From the IMG/VR virus record IMGVR_UViG_3300038443_000672: a stretch of DNA of 41,929 bases; one strand, written 5' to 3'. Within the stretch, counting starts at the first letter, position 1; every line of letters starts with the position of its first letter. Source of the DNA: a virus. A model generated the notes under the pieces. The model was given only the letters and a program-made list of their open reading frames with translations, made no database searches and was not told where the DNA came from. Below, piece after piece: positions 1-7,074 of the stretch. The position numbers were made by a program, and so were the translations under genes.

Positions 1-104
1 GCTCATCGGTCAACGGCGCTCGCGCAACGTCCTGCGCATCATCCGCAACCGCCCTTCGAGCTATCTCCAATGCAGGCGCGACGTGCGATTCGAAAACCCC
101 GCAC
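1..104. repeat. Terminal direct repeat, copy 1 (identical to 41826..41929)
   Basis: Direct base-by-base comparison of the two window ends. Confidence 0.95.
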
Positions 105-142
105 TCGATCTCGGATGCTAGGATTGACGCAATTCGATCCAT
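1..142 (-). CDS. 5' end of the hypothetical protein gene that crosses the circular junction (continues at 41929 down to 40858)
   Basis: ATG at 142..140 lies 11 nt after the stop of the 154..351 gene. It reads MDRIASILASEIECGVFESHVAPA in frame into the TTG (70..68 = 41895..41893) used by the ORF track. Confidence 0.5.
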   Translation of the reverse strand, partial: MDRIASILASEIECGVFESHVAPALEIARRAVADDAQDVARAPLTDE

Positions 143-153
143 CAATTCTTCGC

Positions 154-351
154 TCACGATTTCTGCTCTCCCGATTCATTGCCGCCAATATGAATGCTCG
201 CTCTTACCTTGACTGGCGTCTCAAGGCAATCCGTGAACACAAGGGATAGCGCATCCATCACGCCGAGCATGTCGTCGAAGCCAGGATCGTTGTTTTTTAT
301 AAAGGCCTGCACTCGTTCGCCGAGAATTCGTTTGTTGGCGATCAGACTCAT
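154..351 (-). CDS. Hypothetical small protein (65 aa)
   Basis: ORF 154..384. The internal ATG at 351 is preceded by AAGGAG with a 5-nt spacer. Confidence 0.55.
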   Translation of the reverse strand: MSLIANKRILGERVQAFIKNNDPGFDDMLGVMDALSLVFTDCLETPVKVRASIHIGGNESGEQKS

Positions 352-402
352 TTCTGCTCCTTTGCGCGCGCCAGGGCGGCGCACACACAGTCATAAAGCG
401 TC

Positions 403-816
403 TCAGGACGATCCACGCACCACACGGTATCGACGATTGCCGGAGGGGGCTGGGTACTGTTCAAATACGCGCTTCACGTCTTCCAGCGCCTCTACTAGCT
501 CGGCGTTGATGGCGGCGACGGGCGGTGCGGCGTAAAGCTTCGTGTCATGGCCGATCTTTTCCCACGCTACGCATGGCTCGAAATGCCAATACTCGTGCCC
601 ATACGTTCCTTTGCTGACGCGTCCTACCGCCTCCCTCCCCGCATCAGCGGCTTGGGCGGCTTCGAGCGCGACCTTTGCTCTTTCCCGAAAATCCTCGCCA
701 TAGATCATCCAGTTATCGTCTCGATTGACGTTGCAGATGTCAGCGTTGTGATTCGAAAGAGCGCGAGCTGCTGCGGTGATTTGCGCCTCAAACGCGGCTC
801 GTTGGGGGTCGGTCAT
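403..816 (-). CDS. Hypothetical protein (137 aa)
   Basis: ORF 403..1005. The likely start MTDPQ at 816 lies just after the upstream stop at 821..823, giving operon packing. Confidence 0.55.
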   Translation of the reverse strand: MTDPQRAAFEAQITAAARALSNHNADICNVNRDDNWMIYGEDFRERAKVALEAAQAADAGREAVGRVSKGTYGHEYWHFEPCVAWEKIGHDTKLYAAPPVAAINAELVEALEDVKRVFEQYPAPSGNRRYRVVRGSS

Positions 817-820
817 GGCT

Positions 821-1411
821 TCATCCTTTGAGGCTGGCGCGCAGCGATTGAACCCATGCCGTGCGGCTCGCGGCGCGCTCAACTTCCTTGCGATGCTCGT
901 CTTCATATCGGGCGAGATCAGCGCGTGCTCGTTCAAGCTTGTCGGCGATCCACTCTGCGGGTGCCTTGCGATGCGGCGGTTCGTCATAGGACGTATTGCA
1001 ATCAAACCGGATCGACTCCGTGATCTGCTGAATCATGAAGTCCTTTAAGCCTTGGTGATCGCTCGATGGCGGCGTCCAGGCGTTGACCCTCTCGAGCATC
1101 GATTCATACTTGGCTTGCAGGTCGGCCGCTTTCTTCATTCGATCGGCGTGCGCTTCTACCTGAAGCTGATAGTCCGCTTCGGCCTCGCGTTCAACATCGG
1201 CAGCCGTGAAGGCCATCAGGCGGTTTAGCTCGACGTGCTCTCGCTCCAACCACTCCTGATAGTGTGTCGATGGTTCGATCCGATCCGGTATCGGCGCGTC
1301 CGATGGATCGTCGCGCATCGTCACCAACGCACCGAACGCGCGTGCGCACTGCATTGCGAACTGTTCGAACGTGATGCCATCGGCGATGGCGGCTGTGTAT
1401 CCGGTGGGCAT
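821..1411 (-). CDS. Hypothetical protein (196 aa), coiled-coil rich
   Basis: ORF 821..1618. The likely start MPTGY at 1411 is preceded by a GAGAG-type RBS. The N-terminal extension in the track is Arg/Ser/Cys-rich junk. Confidence 0.55.
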   Translation of the reverse strand: MPTGYTAAIADGITFEQFAMQCARAFGALVTMRDDPSDAPIPDRIEPSTHYQEWLEREHVELNRLMAFTAADVEREAEADYQLQVEAHADRMKKAADLQAKYESMLERVNAWTPPSSDHQGLKDFMIQQITESIRFDCNTSYDEPPHRKAPAEWIADKLERARADLARYEDEHRKEVERAASRTAWVQSLRASLKG

Positions 1412-1443
1412 TTCATCTCTCTCTAAAATATGTCCTAGCGGGC

Positions 1444-1475
1444 ATAAAAAGCGCGCATCCGATGGGGCGCGCGGG
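1444..1475 (-). terminator. Candidate intrinsic terminator/attenuator inside the early-left operon
   Basis: On the minus strand: GCGCGC, a 10-nt loop, GCGCGC, then TTTTTAT. It sits in the 70-nt gap between the 1482..1670 and 821..1411 genes. Confidence 0.35.
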
Positions 1476-1481
1476 AGGGGT

Positions 1482-1670
1482 TCACTTCGGCAAACGTTCT
1501 GCGATATCGCGAATGCGCGCGACAAGACGATCGGGCACGTGGACAATTTCGGCGTGCTCGCGCACCGCTGCGATGGCCGGGCGTAGCGACTCGCGGTCGC
1601 GAGGTTCAAGCGTTTCAAGGTGCGGTGCGATGCGTTCTAGCGCGGCTCGCATGGCGTTGTCGGCGGTCAT
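1482..1670 (-). CDS. Hypothetical small protein (62 aa)
   Basis: ORF with an ATGA start/stop overlap with the upstream gene (1667..1670). Confidence 0.6.
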   Translation of the reverse strand: MTADNAMRAALERIAPHLETLEPRDRESLRPAIAAVREHAEIVHVPDRLVARIRDIAERLPK

Positions 1671-2749
1671 TTGGCGTCCCCGCTCAGGTATTGCCGACGC
1701 GCCGAGTAAGCGGCCTCGATGCGATGCATGCCGTCCGCGCCGATCGAATCCGCGTCCATACGAAAACCGTCCATCGCCAGATCGAGCACGTCAACGTCTT
1801 CCGCCTTGTCGATCTGCGACACGATCTCGTCTACCGTCGGCGGCGCGGGCGTTTGATCGAAGGCTTCCTTTTGCTCGGGCTGCTTCTTTGCCTTCGCTGA
1901 CGCCTTCGCCGCCTGCGCCTTGGTCGTAATGTCCTTGAGCGTTGTCGTGTCGCCGGGCGTCGCCACGTCGGCCATCTCGAACCATTCCTCGGGCTTGCTC
2001 ATGCCGTCGCGCAGGCTCGCAAAGATGCGCTTGAGCGATACGACCTGGGCGGGTTGAATCGAGTCGAGGCGGCGCTGAATGCGCTTCTCGATATGCTCCT
2101 TGGTGACGCCGAAGGGCTCGAAAGCGGCGATCATCTTCTCCATCGCCTCGGGGCTCGTATCGGCCTTCGCTTTGAGCGTGGCCGTCGCCTGCTGCATGGC
2201 CGCATCGACCACATCGCCCGGCAACTGCGCGATGATGCAGGCTCGCTTACGGCGCTGGCCCATGTTCGCCATCAACTCGTAAATGTCGCGCTCGTCCTTG
2301 AGCTTGTAGCCGCCCGACTTCGTGTCGCGCCAGTGCCGCACGATGAATTGGATTCGCGAGTTCGTGCGTGCTTCCAGATCGATACAGAACGCCTCCACTT
2401 CGGAGAACGGCACGCCATCCGGGCCGATGCCGCGCGAGCGCTCACGCAGGCCGTGCTCCATGTTTCCCCACTGCTGGGCGATGGCTTCCGCTGCGCGAAT
2501 GCTCGGGCCGCTGATATCGCTGCCGCCTCGACTGAACTGATACTGCGACTGCTCGGCGAGCGTCGGCCGCGTGAACGCGTTGAGAATCTTGTCCATGTTC
2601 GCAACCACATCGCGAGGGAACTGTTGCGCCATGAGGTACTTGACCTGTGTTTCAGCGAGTTCGCGGCTTTGGTCTTGGCGTGCGCCGGCCGTCTCCGTCA
2701 CAGCGGTGGTGGTGCGCGCGCCGAATGGCGAAGCGACTAGATCGTTCAT
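1667..2749 (-). CDS. Putative single-strand annealing recombinase (RecT/Red-beta/Rad52-type role)
   Basis: 360-aa ORF immediately downstream of the RecE-like exonuclease gene (3-nt gap). This is the usual exonuclease plus annealase pairing. The exact family was not resolved by eye. Confidence 0.5.
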   Translation of the reverse strand: MNDLVASPFGARTTTAVTETAGARQDQSRELAETQVKYLMAQQFPRDVVANMDKILNAFTRPTLAEQSQYQFSRGGSDISGPSIRAAEAIAQQWGNMEHGLRERSRGIGPDGVPFSEVEAFCIDLEARTNSRIQFIVRHWRDTKSGGYKLKDERDIYELMANMGQRRKRACIIAQLPGDVVDAAMQQATATLKAKADTSPEAMEKMIAAFEPFGVTKEHIEKRIQRRLDSIQPAQVVSLKRIFASLRDGMSKPEEWFEMADVATPGDTTTLKDITTKAQAAKASAKAKKQPEQKEAFDQTPAPPTVDEIVSQIDKAEDVDVLDLAMDGFRMDADSIGADGMHRIEAAYSARRQYLSGDAK

Positions 2750-2752
2750 GTC

Positions 2753-3586
2753 CTATTCCTGGAAAGCCCAGCCGGGCAAAGTGATAAGGGAAATCTCCTT
2801 CGAGTAGCCGGGCCATTCGCCAGACTCTTGGCAGCGTGCAAACGTCGCGAGATTGCGCGCATAGTCGGCGCGCCCCTGATCGCGCGAGGCGCCGTCGAGC
2901 ATCATCGCGTTGGCCGCATACGGCCATTCTGTTTCCACAGCGACGAAGATGAACGCCAGAACGTCTAGGCCGCTCGCGTGCGCGAAGCCATCGCTGTAGA
3001 ACGCGTCCTGCACGTGATAGCGCTTGCGCGCCGCTTGCCGCGCGAACTCTGACGGGCTCGCATTGCTGTACGTCTTCACGTCGAGCAGCACGACCGACGA
3101 TTCTCCGCATGGATGCGACCAATCGGGCCGGCAGCGGCATTTCACACCCGTCGCCGGGTCAGTCCAGAAGGCCGATACCTCGGGGCGGCCGACTTCGAGC
3201 GCGTCGCGCACGTCCGGTAGGCCGCGCACCGATTCGGCTTGTCGCATCGCGGTGTCGTACTGGTCGGCTTGAATCGCGATACGGTCGGAATTCTTTTCGA
3301 CAAAGTCTTTCCATATCTTCGTGTTCCGGTTGACGGTTGGGCCGACGATGTAACGCTTCTCGAACTCGGCCGGCTCGAGGATCGCGCAGTGCGCGAGGTT
3401 GCCTTCCAACTGCCCTTGCTTGGCAGCAGGCGCCGGGCGCTTCGGATGCAGATGGCGCGCGTAGCAGATCGCGGGCGACAGATTGATGTCGTCGAGCCAC
3501 GTCTTGCTCACCGATTCGGTAATCGCGTGGTACTCATCGATCGACAGCGAATGATCGAGATACGCGGGGGCGGTTAGCTCGCTCAC
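2753..3586 (-). CDS. RecE-like PD-(D/E)XK exonuclease (exodeoxyribonuclease VIII-like domain)
   Basis: 277 aa. Motifs seen: GNLAHCAILEP, EVSAFW, CRCRPDW, LLDVKT (D-x-K), QDAFY and WPGY, as in RecE C-terminal/DUF3799-type nucleases. Confidence 0.75.
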   Translation of the reverse strand: MSELTAPAYLDHSLSIDEYHAITESVSKTWLDDINLSPAICYARHLHPKRPAPAAKQGQLEGNLAHCAILEPAEFEKRYIVGPTVNRNTKIWKDFVEKNSDRIAIQADQYDTAMRQAESVRGLPDVRDALEVGRPEVSAFWTDPATGVKCRCRPDWSHPCGESSVVLLDVKTYSNASPSEFARQAARKRYHVQDAFYSDGFAHASGLDVLAFIFVAVETEWPYAANAMMLDGASRDQGRADYARNLATFARCQESGEWPGYSKEISLITLPGWAFQE

Positions 3587-3601
3587 AACGAATGCTCCAA
3601 G

Positions 3602-3820
3602 TCAGAAGGGCGGCTGATCCTGATCGATCAGGGCGATGCGTTTCATGGCGTCGATGTAGCGAACCTCGGTCGCCTTTAGCACGTAGAACTTTGCGTTCGG
3701 CGCGGAGCGCGCGAGGCGCTCGGCCTCCGCTATTGCTTGGTGTTCGGATGCATGGCGGTGCGATGGCGGTGTTGCGCCTGTGGGGCACCACACCAGCCAG
3801 AACATTTGGTCTTCGCTCAC
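3602..3820 (-). CDS. Hypothetical small protein (72 aa)
   Basis: ORF with a GTG start in a GTGA overlap with the upstream small ORF. Confidence 0.55.
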   Translation of the reverse strand: MSEDQMFWLVWCPTGATPPSHRHASEHQAIAEAERLARSAPNAKFYVLKATEVRYIDAMKRIALIDQDQPPF

Positions 3821-3963
3821 ACGAACCCTCCAACGTGGTGGATGGCCGTCATCCCTTTTAACGGATCAACGGCGGCTAGAAACACGGCTGCGGCGATGAC
3901 GACTCCGATGATCGCGAGCCATAGCAGCAGAAGCTGGGCGGCGGATTTGAGGAAGTGCTTCAT
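3817..3963 (-). CDS. Small membrane protein (48 aa), not in the ORF track
   Basis: ATG at 3963 preceded by GGGAGG. Translation is MKHFLKSAAQLLLLWLAIIGVVIAAAVFLAAVDPLKGMTAIHHVGGFV, with one clear TM helix. The stop overlaps the next start. Confidence 0.5.
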   Translation of the reverse strand: MKHFLKSAAQLLLLWLAIIGVVIAAAVFLAAVDPLKGMTAIHHVGGFV

Positions 3964-3967
3964 CGTG

Positions 3968-4201
3968 CTACCTCCCAAAATCCATGGGGTTCGGCGCAGT
4001 GATCCAGAAACCGGCAGAATTTTTTGCCATCCCAGAGACCTCCATTTCGCTTACCGTTCGACAGCGACGTGTGTGCGTTGCATAAGTGCCGTTGCCGGCC
4101 GGCGACCCAAAGGCGCCAGTGCGATGCTTATCGAATGCTGCTGACGAATTGAAATATTCCTTGCATCCTTGACACTGATTTCGGTCCCCGGTCAATTTCA
4201 C
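3968..4201 (-). CDS. FDXHR-type putative zinc-binding protein
   Basis: Has CQGC ... AFDKHR ... C motifs. The likely GTG start at 4201 is in a GTGA overlap with the upstream stop (ORF track 3968..4270). Confidence 0.55.
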   Translation of the reverse strand: MKLTGDRNQCQGCKEYFNSSAAFDKHRTGAFGSPAGNGTYATHTRRCRTVSEMEVSGMAKNSAGFWITAPNPMDFGR

Positions 4202-4389
4202 GACACCATCCCTCCAAAATTGACTGCACTCCACCCCATCAGCATCCCCAGCGCGATCGCGAACAACCACGCGTGGATCGTTTCGCGACGGCGTGCGGAT
4301 TTGGCGAGCAGCGCGTTGTCGCGATAAGCCCGTCTGAGGCCTTCGCGCGAAAGCGTGACCGTCACGTCGGAGTCGGTGTAGCGGCGCAT
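4198..4389 (-). CDS. Small membrane protein (63 aa)
   Basis: ORF with a C-terminal hydrophobic helix (HAWLFAIALGMLMGWSAVNFGG). Tightly packed. Confidence 0.55.
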   Translation of the reverse strand: MRRYTDSDVTVTLSREGLRRAYRDNALLAKSARRRETIHAWLFAIALGMLMGWSAVNFGGMVS

Positions 4390-4390
4390 G

Positions 4391-4705
4391 TCAAGCTCCC
4401 GTATGCTTTCGGATCGCCATTTCGATCGCTGCGACTTTTTGCTGAGCTTCGTCGATCCACGACGCGTACAACTTCTTCACGCCAAGCATGACCATTTCCG
4501 TCCCGCGAATCGCGATCGACGCATAGGTGCGCTGGTAGTCGATTTGTGTAAGGCATATGTCTCGCTTTGACTCGCCAACTCGGACTGAAATCTGCCTTTG
4601 GTGTCCGTTCAAGTTCAGCAACGACGCTTCGTACTCAAGTTTGTCGAGGGCAGATCGGGCTTTATCCAAGGACTCAAGTAGGTCGGCCACTTTCTTCGTG
4701 TCCAT
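4391..4705 (-). CDS. Hypothetical protein (104 aa)
   Basis: ORF 4391..4942. The likely start MDTKK at 4705 is preceded by GGGAGAG, directly after the upstream stop. Confidence 0.55.
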   Translation of the reverse strand: MDTKKVADLLESLDKARSALDKLEYEASLLNLNGHQRQISVRVGESKRDICLTQIDYQRTYASIAIRGTEMVMLGVKKLYASWIDEAQQKVAAIEMAIRKHTGA

Positions 4706-4706
4706 C

Positions 4707-4997
4707 TCACTCTCCCTTAACCACTTCGTCGATGCTCTGGCCCGTCGCCTTGGCCACAGCCGCCGCGCACAGCACTTGCACGCTCGATTGCAGGCCCGGC
4801 GTCTTGAGCACTTCGCGCAGGGCGGTGAGCATGCTTTGCGAGGCCGCGAACAGGCGGGCGTACTCGCGGCCATGAAGCGAATTCGAGCAATCGGCCACAA
4901 GCACGGCTCGGCGTCCGTCAAGCGGATGAATCGCCAGGACATTCGGTCCGACCGGTTCTAGGGCCGGGGCTTTGTGGATGTGCGGGGCGTCACTCAT
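4707..4997 (-). CDS. Hypothetical protein (96 aa)
   Basis: ORF 4707..5027. The likely start MSDAPH at 4997 is preceded by GAGGAAAAG. Confidence 0.55.
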   Translation of the reverse strand: MSDAPHIHKAPALEPVGPNVLAIHPLDGRRAVLVADCSNSLHGREYARLFAASQSMLTALREVLKTPGLQSSVQVLCAAAVAKATGQSIDEVVKGE

Positions 4998-5100
4998 CTT
5001 TTCCTCGCGTATGGCCAGCGCCAGCAAAGAACGCGATCAGCATCGCGAACACGAACGCCCATACCAGGATGCCGACGACTATTGGGTGGATGTGGGTCAT
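4990..5100 (-). CDS. Small membrane peptide (36 aa), not in the ORF track
   Basis: ATG at 5100 preceded by a GGGGG run (gggggtaagcc, 6-nt spacer). Translation is MTHIHPIVVGILVWAFVFAMLIAFFAGAGHTRGKDE. The stop overlaps the next start by 8 nt. Confidence 0.4.
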   Translation of the reverse strand: MTHIHPIVVGILVWAFVFAMLIAFFAGAGHTRGKDE

Positions 5101-5103
5101 GGC

Positions 5104-5256
5104 TTACCCCCACACCCAGCCGCGTGTTTGCCAGTCGATCGTTTCGATGCGGCACTTGATCCGATGCCCGTTCGCGCACACATACTCGACGAGCAGCAGC
5201 ATTGCGTTTTGAAGCGGGTAGAACGTCGTCACGTAGCCGGTGCGGTTCGATTCCAT
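5104..5256 (-). CDS. Hypothetical small protein (50 aa)
   Basis: ORF 5104..5364. The likely start MESNR at 5256 lies adjacent to the upstream stop at 5258. Confidence 0.45.
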   Translation of the reverse strand: MESNRTGYVTTFYPLQNAMLLLVEYVCANGHRIKCRIETIDWQTRGWVWG

Positions 5257-5257
5257 G

Positions 5258-5551
5258 TCAGGCCTCGATGGCAAGAAGGGATTGGATCTGCGCGTTGATC
5301 TCCGTGACGCGCTTGGTGAACTCGGCCTGCACACGCTCGCGCTCGCGCTCAAGATTGGCAACAAGTCCGGGGCGCGGGTCGAAGTTGTCGGGGATCTCTG
5401 CGACCAGCGTGTGCTCGCACACCTTCACGTACTTCTGAAATGAATCGCTGCGCTCGGTAACGTCCCAGTCATAGAAGCGGTACGTCGGCTCTTCCATCTT
5501 TCCGTACACGTCCGGGCAGGCGAAGATGAAGCCCTTGATCTCGATTCGCAT
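5258..5551 (-). CDS. Hypothetical protein (97 aa)
   Basis: ORF 5258..5650. The likely start MRIEIKG at 5551 lies adjacent to the upstream stop at 5553. Confidence 0.55.
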   Translation of the reverse strand: MRIEIKGFIFACPDVYGKMEEPTYRFYDWDVTERSDSFQKYVKVCEHTLVAEIPDNFDPRPGLVANLERERERVQAEFTKRVTEINAQIQSLLAIEA

Positions 5552-5552
5552 G

Positions 5553-5858
5553 TCATTCCCCTTGCGCCAGCCGGCGCGTGATGATGCGTTCCTTGGCATG
5601 CGAAAGCTCGACGAGGATGCACGAGCACGACGCACGGTCGGCCGATGCAACCCACGTCATGAACTCGCGCTTCTTATCGCCTTCGAGTGCGACGAGCTCT
5701 TCGAGCAGATCGTCGAACGTCACGAAGCGCTCGATCCGCTCGCGGCGCTCGTACTCGGCTTCGGCGGCCTCGTCGGCCATTGCCTGCGCGCGCTCGTTGA
5801 CGAATGCAACGGCGTCGTCGGTTTCGGCGGGGCGGAAGGAGAGGGTTAGGGTGGACAT
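5553..5858 (-). CDS. First gene of the early-left operon, hypothetical acidic protein (101 aa)
   Basis: ORF with GGAGG 7 nt upstream of the ATG at 5858, about 35 nt downstream of the predicted promoter. Confidence 0.6.
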   Translation of the reverse strand: MSTLTLSFRPAETDDAVAFVNERAQAMADEAAEAEYERRERIERFVTFDDLLEELVALEGDKKREFMTWVASADRASCSCILVELSHAKERIITRRLAQGE

Positions 5859-5898
5859 GGCGGGCCTCCGGTTAGCGCGGTGCGCTGTGCATGGAGGT

Positions 5899-5938
5899 AG
5901 TATAGATGCCTAAACTAGAGAGTCAAGTGTTCTAAACC
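5899..5938 (-). promoter_or_regulatory. Early-left promoter (PL-like) with two GTTTAG operator boxes
   Basis: Minus strand reads GGTTTAGA-ACAC-TTGACT-(16 nt containing AGTTTAGG)-TATACT. The -35 is at 5921..5926 and the -10 at 5899..5904. Confidence 0.6.
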
Positions 5939-5946
5939 ATACGACC

Positions 5947-5974
5947 AAAAAAATTCCCGCAACTGAGGCGGGAT
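5947..5974 (-). terminator. Intrinsic terminator downstream of the lipoprotein gene
   Basis: Minus strand: TCCCGC, a 7-nt loop, GCGGGA, then a T7 run. Confidence 0.7.
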
Positions 5975-6001
5975 CGCGTGATGCGGTGACGCGATGAAGC
6001 G

Positions 6002-6295
6002 TCAGGACGGCGGACGGCGGCAAGCAACCAACATCGAGCGTTTCATGACGGGGCCGGTGAAGAAGTTGCCGCCGCTTGCGGCTGCCGTCCGGCCGTTCTC
6101 GGAACCACCGGCGAGCACATCGTAGCCGTCGCCCTTACAAATATCGCCTGCCTTTTCGTAACAGGCGCCCCAACTCATAGCCATCCCGGAGCAGTCAATC
6201 GAATATGCGCGCCGGCCATCGGGCGAATAGGTCTCGTGGGACACCGCGCACCCGGCCAGTAAGGTTGCGAACGACAATGCAATTATTCTCTTCAT
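6002..6295 (-). CDS. Lipoprotein (97 aa), candidate superinfection-exclusion/moron gene
   Basis: MKRIIALSFATLLAGC has a lipobox (LLAG|C). The mature part has 4 further Cys. It sits between the repressor gene and PL. Confidence 0.7.
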   Translation of the reverse strand: MKRIIALSFATLLAGCAVSHETYSPDGRRAYSIDCSGMAMSWGACYEKAGDICKGDGYDVLAGGSENGRTAAASGGNFFTGPVMKRSMLVACRRPPS

Positions 6296-6308
6296 TTGGC
6301 TCGCCCAA

Positions 6309-6336
6309 AGAAAAAAATCCCGCGCTAGGGCGGGAT
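6309..6336 (-). terminator. Intrinsic terminator/attenuator between the repressor and lipoprotein genes
   Basis: Minus strand: ATCCCGC, a 6-nt loop, GCGGGAT, then TTTTTTTCT. The stem is nearly identical to the 5947..5974 terminator. It ends 13 nt before the lipoprotein ATG. Confidence 0.6.
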
Positions 6337-6508
6337 AGGATTGGCTTCCATTCAATGTCTCAGTTGCTTTAAAGCTCGTATGACGATCAGAAGGTGGTGC
6401 GCTATTTCGTCCATGACTTCTCGGTCTCCTTGCTGCTTCCCCGCTCGAGCGTCGCGATCGGGCGGTCGCGCTCGCCTGTACGAATCAAGATCGACTACCT
6501 GCACTGCA

Positions 6509-6982
6509 CTATTTGCTTCCTGCATTTTTTTCCTCTACGGGTCCCTGGCGTTGGCGGGGCACCAGTTCCATTACCTCTCGCTCGGCAAGGTCAAGTAAAT
6601 CGTGCTCCGCTTTTGCATCTTCTACATGGTGCTCAGGGAAGGATAGTAGGAATAAACCCGCATGTAAGACGAAAGACTTGCGCGCGCGGGCGCCAAGCCC
6701 GTCCAGGCGTTCTATGCATTCGATTAAAACGCTCGCCTCTGGGGACAGTGAGGGTTTATCCCTACCCTTCGGCTCTCCGTCGCCCATGACCAGCCATGCT
6801 GTTCGATATCCAAGTTCCTTTTCGATGCATGTGGCGTAGCTCATTTTCATCGACTTTATTTTTCCGTCCAACCACTGGTTGACGGTGCCCTTCGTTACGC
6901 CAGCAATCCTCCCGAGCGCCGCCTGATCTAGTTCAGGGTGCTCTGAAAATATCCGCTGGACGCGCTCGCTGAGTGTCTTCAT
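6509..6982 (-). CDS. cI-like repressor (XRE-family HTH), no S24 peptidase domain
   Basis: HTH LDQAALGRIAGVTKGTVNQWLDG. It is divergent from the cro-like gene. The C-terminal 80 aa lack Ser/Lys autocleavage motifs. Confidence 0.75.
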   Translation of the reverse strand: MKTLSERVQRIFSEHPELDQAALGRIAGVTKGTVNQWLDGKIKSMKMSYATCIEKELGYRTAWLVMGDGEPKGRDKPSLSPEASVLIECIERLDGLGARARKSFVLHAGLFLLSFPEHHVEDAKAEHDLLDLAEREVMELVPRQRQGPVEEKNAGSK

Positions 6983-6991
6983 GTTCAGGAA

Positions 6992-7046
6992 TCTAAACGT
7001 GTTGTGGTTTAGAGTGCTTTCCTTTTTCGGTTTAGCGTCCTATACT
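6992..7046 (+). promoter_or_regulatory. Early-right promoter (PR-like) and operators in the cI/cro intergenic region
   Basis: TCTAAAC-N8-GTTTAGA inverted repeat (6992..7013). Then GTGC-TTTCCT(-35)-(17 nt containing GGTTTAGC)-TATACT (7041..7046). The box layout matches that at PL. Confidence 0.55.
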
Positions 7047-7074
7047 CGCCGTCAGAGCATTTTGGAGCGGACGC

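Noticed and set aside
6352-6414. 20-aa minus-strand ORF (MDEIAHHLLIVIRALKQLRH) with AAGGAG upstream, between the repressor and its terminator.
   Set aside because: It is very short, the SD-to-ATG spacing is 11 nt, and it has no distinctive composition. I noted it only as part of the unassigned 6337..6508 region.
6341-6839. Plus-strand ORFs 6341..6598, 6394..6789 and 6513..6839 opposite the repressor gene.
   Set aside because: They are antisense to a well-supported HTH repressor, have no RBS, and have Ser/Arg/Pro-rich translations.
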